From Candidatus Wildermuthbacteria bacterium (GTDB taxonomy: Bacteria > Patescibacteriota > Minisyncoccia > Minisyncoccales > UBA10102), in the NCBI GenBank assembly GCA_016186115.1, contig JACPMK010000002.1, positions 274,323 through 338,322 of the forward strand: a stretch of DNA of 64,000 nt. Direction: 5' to 3'. The position numbers and the translations under genes were made by a program. The notes beneath the pieces are model-generated. The model made no database searches, was not told where the DNA came from, and worked only from the letters and a program-made list of their open reading frames with translations. Each line of letters begins with the position of its first letter. Position 1 is the stretch's first letter. Below are positions 26,973 to 39,335 of this stretch, piece after piece.

Positions 26973-28477
26973 AGTGTGCACGCTCTTTGATAAAGTTCGA
27001 TATACCTTTTTGCAGAAGTATTCCATGAGAAGTCAGCTTTCATTGCTCTTCGAACCAATCTTTCCCATGTTTTTTTGTATTTATAGGTTTCCAACCCCCG
27101 TACAATCGCACCAAAAAACGCATAGGAATGGAATTCCTCAAAGGTAAACCCGGTGCCGGTATTTCTGATAGGGTCAAAGTTCTCTACGGTGTCAGCCAAT
27201 CCTCCGGTCTCGCGCACCACAGGAATTGCTCCGTAGCGCATTGCTTCCATTTGGGTAATGCCGCACGGCTCAAATTTGGATGGCATCAAGAATAAATCGC
27301 TTCCCGCAAAAACATGCCGGGCCAAGGTCACGTCGGACATCAAATGGGTCCCTACCCGATGAGGAAATTTTTTATTGAGTTCTTCAAAAAAAGTGCGGTA
27401 TTCCGGCTCCCCTCCGCCCACCACCACAAATTCAATCATATGTTCGGCAAGCAGAACTTCAAGAATCGGAAACAGCAGATCAATCCCCTTTTGCTCGTAC
27501 AATCTGCCAACCATACCCAAAACAGGAATATCTTCGCCCATATCAAGGTTAAATTCTTTTTGCAAATGGAGTTTATTCTCCACACGATCCTTGAGATTCC
27601 TTATGGTAAAGTTCTTGACAAGAGATGGATCGGTCGCCGGGTTCAATTCCTTGTGGTCCAGACCATTCAAAATGCCGAATACTTTTGTGCGCACTTCCTG
27701 CAGCAGATCCTCCAAGCCCTCGCCATATTCTTTGGTAAGAATTTCTTTGGCATAGGTTTCAGATACCGTATTCACAAGGTCAGAATACAAAATACCCCGC
27801 TTCACAAAATTCTGCTTTAAAAGACGCTCTGCGAAAAAAGAGGCGATGGGCGATCTTCCGTCGTCTGCGTCAAGTTCAGAAACAAAGCGATGATCAAATA
27901 CTCCTTGATGATAGAGATTATGAATCGAAAAAACAGTTTTGATGCCGCCCAGAACAGGGTCATTACTATAGCTTGTTTTCAAATAATTCGGGAGGGCACC
28001 GGTATGCCAATCCGCGCAATTAATCACGTCGGGCACCCAATCGGATTGCCGCAAAAATTCCAAGGCCCCGCGCGAAAGAAGCACAAAACGTATGGGGTCA
28101 TCAGAATAGCCGTAGACATTGGAGCGCTTCTCGTAATACTCCATGTTTTCCAAGAAGTAAACCATCGGATCGGATTTCCGCTTTGCGTACTGCTTAACAT
28201 TGCAAACGAGCGATTCCTTTCCTTCGGCTGGGTCATCCGTAGGAACTTGTAATCCCTCGAGCAACATTTTCAAACGATATTTCTTCTCGTCGATCTGCCC
28301 GTATTTGGGCATAAAAATCCGAACGTCAAGCCCCTCCTTTTTCAGAGCTCTTGTCAATGAAAAAATGGCCATTCCAAGGCCTCCAACTGACGCATAGGGA
28401 TATGCTTCCGAAACAACGAACAGTACCTTCAACTGCTTATGGGAAGAATTCCCCTTTTTCTGGTTATTATTTGCCAT
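26969..28477 (-). CDS. glgA: Glycogen synthase (GT5), copy 2
   Basis: SVGGLG, CADWHT, GRLYEQKG and MPSKFEPCGITQM. Confidence 0.9.
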   Translation of the reverse strand: MANNNQKKGNSSHKQLKVLFVVSEAYPYASVGGLGMAIFSLTRALKKEGLDVRIFMPKYGQIDEKKYRLKMLLEGLQVPTDDPAEGKESLVCNVKQYAKRKSDPMVYFLENMEYYEKRSNVYGYSDDPIRFVLLSRGALEFLRQSDWVPDVINCADWHTGALPNYLKTSYSNDPVLGGIKTVFSIHNLYHQGVFDHRFVSELDADDGRSPIASFFAERLLKQNFVKRGILYSDLVNTVSETYAKEILTKEYGEGLEDLLQEVRTKVFGILNGLDHKELNPATDPSLVKNFTIRNLKDRVENKLHLQKEFNLDMGEDIPVLGMVGRLYEQKGIDLLFPILEVLLAEHMIEFVVVGGGEPEYRTFFEELNKKFPHRVGTHLMSDVTLARHVFAGSDLFLMPSKFEPCGITQMEAMRYGAIPVVRETGGLADTVENFDPIRNTGTGFTFEEFHSYAFFGAIVRGLETYKYKKTWERLVRRAMKADFSWNTSAKRYIELYQRACTL

Positions 28478-28582
28478 AAAAAAAGCTGCACTCCAAGGCC
28501 ATTCACTATAGCACGAAGAGCTCAACTTGTAAAACCTCCCAATTATTCTATTATACGAAATTCTTGTGCTTGGAGCAAATTC

Positions 28583-28966
28583 CTACACCAACCATTCCTT
28601 CCAATTCTTTGGCCAACCGAGTATAAGCAGCAATGCCAAAGGCGCGCCCCAGTTTGCCCAACGCTCAACAAAATCCCAAATCGGCTCTCCAACCACTGGA
28701 CGCAAAAGCGCTGTCCAGAATCCCCAGATTACAGCCCAAAGCAATGCTGCCTTCACTGGTCTTACCAAAACGATCAATGCTACCGACAAATCCAGTAAAC
28801 CAACTAATGTAAGCAATGTTGCTGCGGTTCCGACTTCTACGCGAAGAAGCTCCTGGATCCATTTAATCCATGCCTCCTTCCCTTGCAAGGCAAAAACGCC
28901 GTGCCCGACAAACTCACCGGCTACCGCAATGCGCAGCACCCACTCCACAATTCGAGTATTACTCAT
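28583..28966 (-). CDS. DoxX-like membrane protein
   Basis: VLRIAVAGEFVGHG...FVERWANWGAPL; four TM segments. Confidence 0.75.
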   Translation of the reverse strand: MSNTRIVEWVLRIAVAGEFVGHGVFALQGKEAWIKWIQELLRVEVGTAATLLTLVGLLDLSVALIVLVRPVKAALLWAVIWGFWTALLRPVVGEPIWDFVERWANWGAPLALLLILGWPKNWKEWLV

Positions 28967-29037
28967 ATGTATGTATTGTAGCACATCAGAAAAATAAAAG
29001 GCAGCGGGACTCACGTCTCGCCGCCTTTCCTTCTCAT

Positions 29038-29229
29038 TCACCAGCCAAGCGCCTCGATCACGTCGTCGGCAGAATTATAGGTTCCCTCGGGCAGCTTCTC
29101 TGAAAATTCTTTCTTATCTTTGTCAGAAAAATCGGAGAGATTATTGCAGTGAGCGACTAGCTCTTCCCTGCTTGCAGGATAGGTCGCGTGCGTACGCAAA
29201 TGGCTGATCGCGTTTTCTTTGTTTTGCAT
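29038..29229 (-). CDS. Small hypothetical protein (DUF2795-like)
   Basis: YPASREELV...LPEGTYNSADDVIEAL. Confidence 0.7.
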   Translation of the reverse strand: MQNKENAISHLRTHATYPASREELVAHCNNLSDFSDKDKKEFSEKLPEGTYNSADDVIEALGW

Positions 29230-29426
29230 ATACATTCGTAAGTAATTTAGATATTCGACCTTTACGCGCCTTTTAATTAGAGGACGAACGTGCCAACCAA
29301 ATCTGTAACTTTGTATTTCTTCAATCAAAACGAAAAAGGCCATCCATTGGCCTTCTCTAAACTCAAAAATATACCGATCTCAACGGATATTGACTTGAGC
29401 TTTATCTCGATTCTAACTTAGACAAC

Positions 29427-30330
29427 TGGCGGTGTCTGTTTGAAAATATCCGAACGGAACTGGCTGGGCTCGGCGGGCGGAATTCCCCCCACACCCCCCT
29501 TCCGCCCGCCTCGCCTTGAACCGGAGCGGAAAGGACGATTTCAAGTTTTTCTTTGGCGGCAAATTTTTAGATAATTCCCTGACACTCACTATTGGGTCCG
29601 TCCCACAAAATAGTCCCGTCTTGTAAATCAACATAAATTTTCCTGCGATTCGCCCCAGTTTCCAGATTACAATAGCTAATCTCTGCAACAATTTCGTCGT
29701 TATACATGACCAATTCAAAATATTGATCGTTGAGATTTTCTCGTCTGGCAATTTCCTTTAATTCTTCAGGGGAAAGTTTGAAGTCACATTGATTTTTATC
29801 TTTTTCACAACTGGGCAAAGTTAAAGGAACGTCGTTATTTGCTATCTCTACCTGATTGTTTGTAAATGTGTAGAAGAAAAGAAATTCAGATCCCCCATAT
29901 TTCTCGGCAGGAAGAAATTTGTAGCGGAGGTAAGAACCGCCTGCCTGATCAGTATCACGAAACTTTTCCGATTTTTCGTAATCAAATTCATAGTTCTTTT
30001 GAAACTCTGAGTTTCCCACCAAGCTTATTACATAACTATCAGCCGCAGCTTTAATCGTCGGGTCAAACTGTTCTGAATCTCTGGTTTGAGTAGTTACAAA
30101 GTAAACACCAATCACTATCAAAATGACCACAATGCCAATAAGTATAAATTTTATAAAACTGTTTTGGTTCATACTGATGATGCTTTTGAACTTTTTTAAA
30201 AAATTTCTTATGCCCTTATTGATAAATCCTTTTCCTTTTCGCCAAAAAAACCCTTTCAAATCCTAGCCGAGCGGCACGTCCCGCGCCGCGAGCTTGCTTC
30301 TTCCAATTCCGATTTTCAATTTTGGCGGTG
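29427..30330. mobile_element. Putative non-autonomous islet integrated at the tRNA-Ser 3' end
   Basis: TGGCGGTG at 29427-34 duplicates the tRNA 3' end at 30323-30; GC-rich ends around an AT-rich cargo gene; no recombinase present. Confidence 0.5.
29567..30172 (-). CDS. Membrane-anchored exported hypothetical protein
   Basis: N-terminal TM from MNQNSFIKFILIG; four Cys; RKIYVDLQDGTIL resembles a PepSY-type end. Confidence 0.75.
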   Translation of the reverse strand: MNQNSFIKFILIGIVVILIVIGVYFVTTQTRDSEQFDPTIKAAADSYVISLVGNSEFQKNYEFDYEKSEKFRDTDQAGGSYLRYKFLPAEKYGGSEFLFFYTFTNNQVEIANNDVPLTLPSCEKDKNQCDFKLSPEELKEIARRENLNDQYFELVMYNDEIVAEISYCNLETGANRRKIYVDLQDGTILWDGPNSECQGII

Positions 30331-30410
30331 GGGGTGGGATTTGAACCCACGATACCTTTCGGTATACCTGCTCTCCAAGCAGGCGCACTAGGCCGCTATG
30401 CGACCCCACC
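30323..30410 (-). tRNA. tRNA-Ser(GGA)
   Basis: Anticodon stem CCTGC-TTGGAGA-GCAGG, long variable arm, GTTCAAAT, CCA encoded. Confidence 0.96.
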
Positions 30411-30412
30411 AT

Positions 30413-30943
30413 TTACCTCGGGAGCGAGGTGAGAATCTTTGAAAGTGTTGGGTGCTGCGCAAGAAACTTATACCGCAAAAGCTTTACAATCGCAAGGACA
30501 TCGAGCACCTCTTCTTTGAGTATTTCTGGTCCGGAAAATACTTCCCAAATTTCCGCGACCACATTGTTGAGGTAACGATAGAGCACTTCGTGCTCTGCTT
30601 TTTCCTTAATATACGCAATCAATTCCTTGAACTCTCCCCTATCAAGCCATACTCCGTAGCATAGATTGCATACATCGATTTTGATCTGCGAGTCACCATA
30701 CGCTGTTTCGTATAAGGGCATGCGATCTTTGGGGCAGAATTTTTGCGCAGGAGAAATGCGGAATTTGGTTTCATCTCTCCATAAATCAAAGTCGAGCCAG
30801 CGAAAACTCCGGTCTTTTTCGTCTTTTGCAAACTGCAACTCATCCTCTTCAAACCAAAGACCATAGCAACGCGGGCAGTAATCAACCGCCACATTTGCAA
30901 TAATTGCCTGCTCCAATTTTATTTTGCACAAAGGACATCTCAT
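30413..30943 (-). CDS. Tandem zf-TFIIB-like zinc-finger protein
   Basis: CPLC..DYCPRCYGLWFEEDEL and CPKD..DVCNLCYGVWLDRGEF. Confidence 0.85.
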   Translation of the reverse strand: MRCPLCKIKLEQAIIANVAVDYCPRCYGLWFEEDELQFAKDEKDRSFRWLDFDLWRDETKFRISPAQKFCPKDRMPLYETAYGDSQIKIDVCNLCYGVWLDRGEFKELIAYIKEKAEHEVLYRYLNNVVAEIWEVFSGPEILKEEVLDVLAIVKLLRYKFLAQHPTLSKILTSLPR

Positions 30944-30950
30944 AAAGATA

Positions 30951-31862
30951 CTAAATACTCATTCCGCGCAGGGCGGCGATGCGCTCTTCCACGGGCGGGT
31001 GGGTCATGAACAATTTATGAATCCAACTTATCCTTTCTTTGTTTCGAAAAGGATTCACGAGATACAAATGGGCTGTGGCGTCATTGGCGCTTCGTAGCTC
31101 GTGAGGGTCGGCCGCAATTTTTTCTAAAGCGCGAGCCAATCCTTCTGGATGGCGGGTAAGCAAAGCGCCCGAAGCATCTGCAAGAAACTCGCGCTTGCGT
31201 GAAATTGCAAGCTTCATAAGCTGAGCCAAGATGGGAGCAACAATGATAGCCACAAGCGATACAAGAATTAAAATTCCGCGCAATTGCCCTCCTTCCCTGT
31301 CGCGATCCCTGCCGCCAAGCCCACCCCAGAAAGTAATCCGAAAAAAGAAATCGGCCATCAGCACCACAACTCCCACCAACACCACAACAATGGTGGAAAC
31401 AAGCATATCTCTGTTGCCGATATGAGAAAGTTCGTGCGCAAGAACCCCTTCCAATTCCACCCGGTCTAACCGTTCGAGCAATGCCGTGGTTGCCGCGACA
31501 ACCGCGTGCTGGGCATTGCGACCAGTGGCAAAAGCATTGGGCTGGCGATCTTCAATGATATAAATTTTTGGTGCGGGCAGCCCTGCGGTAATAGAAAGAT
31601 TCTCTACAATGCGATACAGTTCAGGATTATCCTGCTTTTCAATTTTCTTGGCCTTGCTTATTGCCAACACGATCTTATCGGAATACCAATAAGACCCGAT
31701 GCTCATTACAATGCTCAACACCACTGCGAAAACAAGAATAGATGGATTCTGAAATGTATAACTTAATAGCCATCCCAATCCAATGACAAAAAGAAAAAAT
31801 CCCGCGAGATAAACCCACGTCTTGAAGATGTTGGATTCTTTATTGGCATACAGATTGGCCAT
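30951..31862 (-). CDS. htpX: M48 zinc metalloprotease HtpX
   Basis: QPNAFATG, AHELSH, SRKREFLAD and THPPVEERI. Confidence 0.95.
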   Translation of the reverse strand: MANLYANKESNIFKTWVYLAGFFLFVIGLGWLLSYTFQNPSILVFAVVLSIVMSIGSYWYSDKIVLAISKAKKIEKQDNPELYRIVENLSITAGLPAPKIYIIEDRQPNAFATGRNAQHAVVAATTALLERLDRVELEGVLAHELSHIGNRDMLVSTIVVVLVGVVVLMADFFFRITFWGGLGGRDRDREGGQLRGILILVSLVAIIVAPILAQLMKLAISRKREFLADASGALLTRHPEGLARALEKIAADPHELRSANDATAHLYLVNPFRNKERISWIHKLFMTHPPVEERIAALRGMSI

Positions 31863-31863
31863 A

Positions 31864-32418
31864 CTAAAACTTGACTTGCGGCGTGGCGCGCTGGGCTGGT
31901 TCTTCGATCTCGAAAAACTCCTCCTTCTTGAATCCGAACATACCGGCCATGAGATTGATTGGAAAGCTTTCAATACTGGTATTCAAAGCCATCACGGTGG
32001 TGTTGTAAAAACGCCTCGCTGCCTGAATTTTATCTTCGGTATCGCGCAATTCCCGCTGCAATTCCACAAAATTGGCCGATGCTTTTAAATCAGGATAGGC
32101 CTCGGCAACTGCAAACAAACTCTTTAATGTTTGGGAAAGCATGTTTTCTTTCTCTGCCTTGTCGTGCATTCCAGTTGCGCCCATTGCCCGGGCACGGGCT
32201 TCGGTCACTTTCTCAAAAAGTTCTTTCTCGTGCGCCGCATACCCTTTGACCGTATTCACCAGATTTGGAATCAAGTCGTAGCGACGCTTTAGCTGCACAT
32301 CGATATCAGAAGATGCTTCTTTGGCTCGGTTGCGAAGCGTAACCAAACGATTATACATGGCAATTAGCCACAGAACCAAAAGCACAACAACGCCTAGAAT
32401 GATCCAAGATGCTTGCAT
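31864..32418 (-). CDS. lemA: LemA family protein
   Basis: IDVQLKRRYDLIPNLV, EAYPDLKAS and AARRFYN. Confidence 0.95.
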   Translation of the reverse strand: MQASWIILGVVVLLVLWLIAMYNRLVTLRNRAKEASSDIDVQLKRRYDLIPNLVNTVKGYAAHEKELFEKVTEARARAMGATGMHDKAEKENMLSQTLKSLFAVAEAYPDLKASANFVELQRELRDTEDKIQAARRFYNTTVMALNTSIESFPINLMAGMFGFKKEEFFEIEEPAQRATPQVKF

Positions 32419-32468
32419 ATAAGTTGTATGTTAAGTTATAGCTACTCTTATTTTATGATACCAGAAAA

Positions 32469-32499
32469 GAAAAAACCCTTCTAGGGGAAGGATTTTTTC
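32469..32499 (-). terminator. groL terminator
   Basis: GAAAAAAcCCTTC...GAAGGaTTTTTTC. Confidence 0.65.
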
Positions 32500-32506
32500 T
32501 TTAGTT

Positions 32507-34451
<1,945 letters not shown>

Positions 34452-34463
34452 ACAAAAATACCA

Positions 34464-34530
34464 TTAGCACTTTTGACCTTTGATTGCTAATTTCTGTTTA
34501 TAATTTAGATGAACATCCCATCCTTGTCAA
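34464..34530 (-). promoter_or_regulatory. groES-groL promoter with CIRCE operator
   Basis: TTAGCACTT-N9-GATTGCTAA at 34464-90 (consensus TTAGCACTC-N9-GAGTGCTAA); TTGACA-17-TAAATT upstream. Confidence 0.85.
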
Positions 34531-34538
34531 GCCCCCTC

Positions 34539-37349
34539 TTACAATGCGCCCTTGAGATACTGGCCGGTGTAGCTCTTTTTATTTTTTACAATATCTTTGG
34601 GCGTGCCTTCGGCGACGATCTCCCCTCCTTTCTCTCCGCCTTCGGGGCCAAGGTCAACAATCCAATCAGCATTTTTCACTACATCCAAATTATGTTCAAT
34701 AACCAATACTGTGTTATCCCGATCGGCAAGCTCCCGCAACACATGCAATAATTTTTTGCAATCTTCAAAATGAAGCCCGGTGGTTGGCTCATCCAAAATA
34801 TATAAGGTTCTGCCGGTTGCCCGCCGCGAGAGTTCGGTCGCAAGTTTTACCCGCTGCGCTTCTCCTCCGGAAAGCGAAGGGGCGGGCTGGCCCAATTCCA
34901 CATATCCCAATCCAACCTCGTGCAATGTTTTTAATTTCGCGTAGAGCGACGGGATGTGTTTGAAAAATACGAGTGCTTCTTCAACGGTCATACGGAGAAT
35001 TTCTGCAATGTTCTTTTCCTTGTATTCGATCTCGAGCACCTCTCTGGTGTAGCGCGTACCGTGACATTCTTCGCACTCCACATACACATCCGGCAAAAAA
35101 TACATTTCGATTTTCTTTAACCCTTGGCCTTCACATGCTTCACATCGCCCTCCCTTCACGTTAAAAGAAAATCTCCCGGCATTGTATCCACGGATTCTCG
35201 CCTCCTTTGTTTTCACGAACAGATCCCGAATCGAAGCAAACGCTCCGGTATAGGTTACAGGATTGGAACGCGGGGTTCTTCCAATGGGCGACTGATCAAC
35301 CAACACCACTTTATTCAAATGTTCTATGCCATCGATCGCGGTATATGCTCCAGGTTCTTCTTTGGCTTTGTAGAAATGTTTCAGAAGCGCCTTTGCCAAA
35401 ATATCATTCACGAGCGTACTTTTGCCGGATCCCGAAACGCCAGTCAGACAGACGAACTTTCCCAAAGGAATTTTTACCGTAATATTTTTCAGGTTGTGTT
35501 CTTTTGCTCCTTTGATTGTTAAGTATTTAGTATTTTGTATTTCGTACTTCGTACTTGGAACCTCCACCTTTTTCTTGCCCGAAAGATATTCTCCTGTTAA
35601 GGTATGAGCTTTTTGCAGCTGCGCAGGTGTGCCCTCGAACAATACTTCTCCCCCGTGCTTGCCAGCTCCCGGGCCAATATCAACTACCCAATCAGCAGAA
35701 GAAATGGTCTGACTATCATGTTCCACCACCACAACGCTATTCCCCAAGTCGCGAAGTTCGCGCAACGTATTGATCAACCGCTGCTGATCTCTGGCATGCA
35801 ATCCGATCGAAGGTTCATCCAGTATATAAAGAACGCCAGAAAGTTTTGAGCCAATTTGCGTTGCCAAACGGATGCGTTGCGCCTCGCCCCCCGAAAGCGT
35901 TTCTGCCTTGCGATCAAGGGTGAGATATTCAAGCCCAACATCACAAAGAAACTGAAGACGGTTTTGAATTTCTTTCACAATGGGCTGGATAATTTTCTTT
36001 TCATGCTCTTTTAAAGAGGAGGCCTTGCCGAACCCATTGAAAAATTCCGCGGTGCGGCTCAATTGCATCTCCACAATTTGATCGATAGAATGATCTGCCA
36101 CTGTTACCGCGAGAGCTTCGGGCTTGAGACGTTTTCCCTTGCATGCTTCGCAAATCTTTTCAACCATGTACTGCTCAATCTCTTCTCGTGCGTATTCAGA
36201 ATCTGTTTCGCGGTAGCGGCGTTCAAGCCATGGGATCACTCCTTCGAAATCCCCGTCTCCTCTAAGCACGAGATTTATTTTCTCTTTCGGAAGATCTCCG
36301 ACAGCCACTCGCAGAGAAAAATTCTGCTGCTTTGCCAATTCTTCGAGTTTCCACCAAAAGAACCCCTGTCTGCCGATTTTGTGCGAGGCATGCGCCCAAG
36401 GAAAAATTGCGCCCTCTGCAATAGAGAGGCGCGGATTGGGGATCACCCGGTTTGAATCAACCTCAAGCTTTTCTCCCAATCCTTGGCACACCGAACAGGC
36501 GCCATAGGGAGAATTGAAAGAAAAGAGGCGCGGTTCAATATCTGGCAAATTAATTCCGCAATGTTCGCAGGCAAATCGTTCCGAAAAGATAAGATCATGC
36601 GAATCTTTGGATTTGGCATCGATGAAAACAAGTCCCTTCCCAAGCTTTAGAGCGGTCTCCAACGAATCAGCAAGCCGGGGTTTGTCGAGATTCTTTTCGA
36701 TCGTAAGCCGGTCTACCGCAACTTCAATGGAATGTTTTTTCTTGCGATCAAGATCTGTTGCGAGGGCCTCTTCAACGCGCCACAGAGTTCCGTCGATTCT
36801 CACTCGCACAAAGCCTGCCTTTTGAATTTCTTCCAAAATGGCGCGATGCTCTCCTTTGCGATCGCGCACAACCGGGCCCAAAATCGCAATCTCTGTCCCC
36901 GATTCCAACTCCATCAATTGCTGGGCAATTTGGCTCACGCTTTGCCGTTTGACTTCTCTTTTGCAAATAGGACAATGCGGCACTCCCACTCTTGCAAATA
37001 AAAGTCGCAAATAGTCATAAATTTCTGTAATTGTGCCAACCGTAGAACGGGGATTATGCGCACCCTTTCTTTGATCAATGGCAATAGCGGGGCTGATTCC
37101 CTCGATACTGTCCACATCGGGTTTATCCATCACGCCCAAAAATTGTCTTGCATAGGCAGATAAACTCTCCACATACCGTCTTTGCCCTTCGGCATATAGC
37201 GTATCAAACGCGAGCGAGCTCTTGCCCGAACCCGAAAGCCCAGTAATCACCACCAATTTATTCTTTGGAATATCAACATTAATATTCTTTAAGTTATGCA
37301 CCCGGGCGCCTCGTATTTTAATCACATTCTCTTGCTTTGGAATACTCAT
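34539..37349 (-). CDS. uvrA: Excinuclease ABC subunit A
   Basis: [23 protein letters not shown], two LSGGEAQR signatures and zinc fingers. Confidence 0.98.
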   Translation of the reverse strand: MSIPKQENVIKIRGARVHNLKNINVDIPKNKLVVITGLSGSGKSSLAFDTLYAEGQRRYVESLSAYARQFLGVMDKPDVDSIEGISPAIAIDQRKGAHNPRSTVGTITEIYDYLRLLFARVGVPHCPICKREVKRQSVSQIAQQLMELESGTEIAILGPVVRDRKGEHRAILEEIQKAGFVRVRIDGTLWRVEEALATDLDRKKKHSIEVAVDRLTIEKNLDKPRLADSLETALKLGKGLVFIDAKSKDSHDLIFSERFACEHCGINLPDIEPRLFSFNSPYGACSVCQGLGEKLEVDSNRVIPNPRLSIAEGAIFPWAHASHKIGRQGFFWWKLEELAKQQNFSLRVAVGDLPKEKINLVLRGDGDFEGVIPWLERRYRETDSEYAREEIEQYMVEKICEACKGKRLKPEALAVTVADHSIDQIVEMQLSRTAEFFNGFGKASSLKEHEKKIIQPIVKEIQNRLQFLCDVGLEYLTLDRKAETLSGGEAQRIRLATQIGSKLSGVLYILDEPSIGLHARDQQRLINTLRELRDLGNSVVVVEHDSQTISSADWVVDIGPGAGKHGGEVLFEGTPAQLQKAHTLTGEYLSGKKKVEVPSTKYEIQNTKYLTIKGAKEHNLKNITVKIPLGKFVCLTGVSGSGKSTLVNDILAKALLKHFYKAKEEPGAYTAIDGIEHLNKVVLVDQSPIGRTPRSNPVTYTGAFASIRDLFVKTKEARIRGYNAGRFSFNVKGGRCEACEGQGLKKIEMYFLPDVYVECEECHGTRYTREVLEIEYKEKNIAEILRMTVEEALVFFKHIPSLYAKLKTLHEVGLGYVELGQPAPSLSGGEAQRVKLATELSRRATGRTLYILDEPTTGLHFEDCKKLLHVLRELADRDNTVLVIEHNLDVVKNADWIVDLGPEGGEKGGEIVAEGTPKDIVKNKKSYTGQYLKGAL

Positions 37350-37404
37350 AATTCGGCTATAGTATACTTGAAAATCAAGATAAAATCAATTGTAATAAAA
37401 GCGC

Positions 37405-38682
37405 ATGGAAAAATTCACCTTCCTCAAAAAGAAACGGCAAGAAGTACTCCCTAAAACAGCGGGGGCGTATGCGTTGTGCGCGAATAACGCCATCTTGTAC
37501 ATTGGCAAGGCGGCAAATTTGCGCGACCGCGTGAAAAATCATTTCCATGCATCTTCATATCGGGATCATCTTTTTATCAACCAGATTACAAAGATCGGAT
37601 ATATCGAAACACAATCGGATATCGACGCTCTTTTGTTGGAATCGGAACTGATCAAAAAATATCAGCCGAAATACAATGTCATGTGGCGCGATGATAAAAG
37701 CTATTTCTACGTTGCCATTACCAAAGAATCCTTACCGCGTGTTTTTCTCGCGCATCAACCAAAAAAGCTACCAACTACTACCTACCAGCTACCAACTCAA
37801 TACATTGGGCCTTTCGTTGATGGCAAGGCATTAAAAAAAGTTCTGCGCCTTCTGCGACATGTATTCCCCTACTACCAAGGTAAAACTCATCCAAAAACTT
37901 TTTGCGGATATTGTCACCTCGGCATTTGCCCGGGCCCAAATCCGGATCAGAAAACATATAAACAAAATACCAAACGATTGACTCAAGTGCTCCAAGGCAA
38001 AAGAGTATCAGTGCTCAAAACAATCGAGAAAGAAATGAAAAAAGCGGCCAGGGAAGAACGCTTTGAAAAAGCAAAGGAATTGAGGGATCAGTTATTTGCA
38101 TTACAACGAGTTATTGCGCATGCCAGAATCTTGAATAAAGAAAAAGGCCATGAGAATTACGATTCTATCGCAAAGAATCTTCAATCCCTGCTCACAACCA
38201 GAAATCCTGTTCGGCGCATTGAAGCATATGATATTTCAAATATCCAAGGGGCATCTGCAACTGGCTCGATGGTGGTGTTTTTCAAAGGTATGCCGGCTCG
38301 GGATCAATACCGGAAATTCAAAATTCGTATTGCTGGTACTCCCAATGACTTTGCAATGATGAAAGAATTAGTGACCCGTCGCCTCAAACATGAAGAATGG
38401 GGATATCCCGATCTCATGATAATAGACGGGGGCAAACCGCAACTTTCAGCCGCTCTCTCTGCCCTACAAACTACTTACTACCAACTACCCGTTTTGCCTG
38501 TCGCGGCGCTCGCAAAACAGCACAACGAACTTTTCTTGCCCAACAAAGAAAAAGCGGCGCTGCTCCGCGATCTCGACGAAGGAACCCGCAATCTTTTGCT
38601 GCATATCCGCGATGAAGCGCATCGCTTTGCCATTTCCTATCATAGAGTATTGCGAAGAAAAGAGTTGATAAGAAAACCCTAG
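37405..38682 (+). CDS. uvrC: Excinuclease ABC subunit C (compact, no C-terminal HhH)
   Basis: GAY..LYIGKA GIY-YIG, UVR motif, RIEAYDISN, IDGGKPQL and IRDEAHRFA. Confidence 0.92.
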   Translation: MEKFTFLKKKRQEVLPKTAGAYALCANNAILYIGKAANLRDRVKNHFHASSYRDHLFINQITKIGYIETQSDIDALLLESELIKKYQPKYNVMWRDDKSYFYVAITKESLPRVFLAHQPKKLPTTTYQLPTQYIGPFVDGKALKKVLRLLRHVFPYYQGKTHPKTFCGYCHLGICPGPNPDQKTYKQNTKRLTQVLQGKRVSVLKTIEKEMKKAAREERFEKAKELRDQLFALQRVIAHARILNKEKGHENYDSIAKNLQSLLTTRNPVRRIEAYDISNIQGASATGSMVVFFKGMPARDQYRKFKIRIAGTPNDFAMMKELVTRRLKHEEWGYPDLMIIDGGKPQLSAALSALQTTYYQLPVLPVAALAKQHNELFLPNKEKAALLRDLDEGTRNLLLHIRDEAHRFAISYHRVLRRKELIRKP

Positions 38683-38724
38683 TGCGGGATTGACGCCAAA
38701 ACCAGAACATGATATATTACAATA

Positions 38725-39099
38725 ATGTTTCAGAGTTTAGTCCTCAATGTCCTCGCAAGTATTGGGGGGTTATGGCTTGCGCTTTTGATCGTGCCCGGGG
38801 TGGAATTTAAGGGACCTTGGTATTTTTTGCTTATCGCGGGAGCCATCCTCGGAATCCTCTACACCTTTATTAGGCCTCTTCTCGAGCTCCTTACGCTTCC
38901 TCTCCGCATTCTTACGTTGGGATTGTCCGGGATACTCGTCAACATGCTTATTCTGTGGCTGCTCGATATCCTGTTCGACGTGTTCTTCTCTCCCGCAACG
39001 CTGGATATTCTCGGAATTATCGCGCTTTTCTGGACCACTCTCATTATCTGGCTTGCAATGACATTCATAGGGCTTCTCAAAAAATTCGCACATCTATAA
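38725..39099 (+). CDS. YvlD/4-TM phage-holin-family membrane protein
   Basis: FIRPLLELLTLPLRILTLGL signature. Confidence 0.85.
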   Translation: MFQSLVLNVLASIGGLWLALLIVPGVEFKGPWYFLLIAGAILGILYTFIRPLLELLTLPLRILTLGLSGILVNMLILWLLDILFDVFFSPATLDILGIIALFWTTLIIWLAMTFIGLLKKFAHL

Positions 39100-39107
39100 A
39101 TTCTTTT

Positions 39108-39329
39108 ATGAATATCTCTCTCCTTCTTTCTATTGCTCAACTTACTATTGCAATCTTCCTTATCATCTCTATACTATTGCAACAGCGCGGAACTGCCTTG
39201 GGATCTTCGTTCGGCGGCGAAGGAACATCCTATGCCCTCCGAAGAGGTATCGAGAAAAAACTCTTCATTGCGACTCTTTTTCTCGGAATCTTGTTTCTTG
39301 CCATTGCGGTTCTCCAGCTTGCGATATAA
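39108..39329 (+). CDS. secG: Preprotein translocase subunit SecG
   Basis: ILLQQRGTALGSSFGG...RRGIEKKL between two TM segments. Confidence 0.92.
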   Translation: MNISLLLSIAQLTIAIFLIISILLQQRGTALGSSFGGEGTSYALRRGIEKKLFIATLFLGILFLAIAVLQLAI

Positions 39330-39335
39330 ATTCTT

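Noticed and set aside
29413-29751. 112-aa ORF
   Set aside because: It overlaps the real 29567-30172 gene and merely reads through a GC-rich hairpin.
38725-39099. Holin as evidence of a prophage
   Set aside because: YvlD-type genes are common chromosomal neighbours of uvr genes, and there is no phage context.
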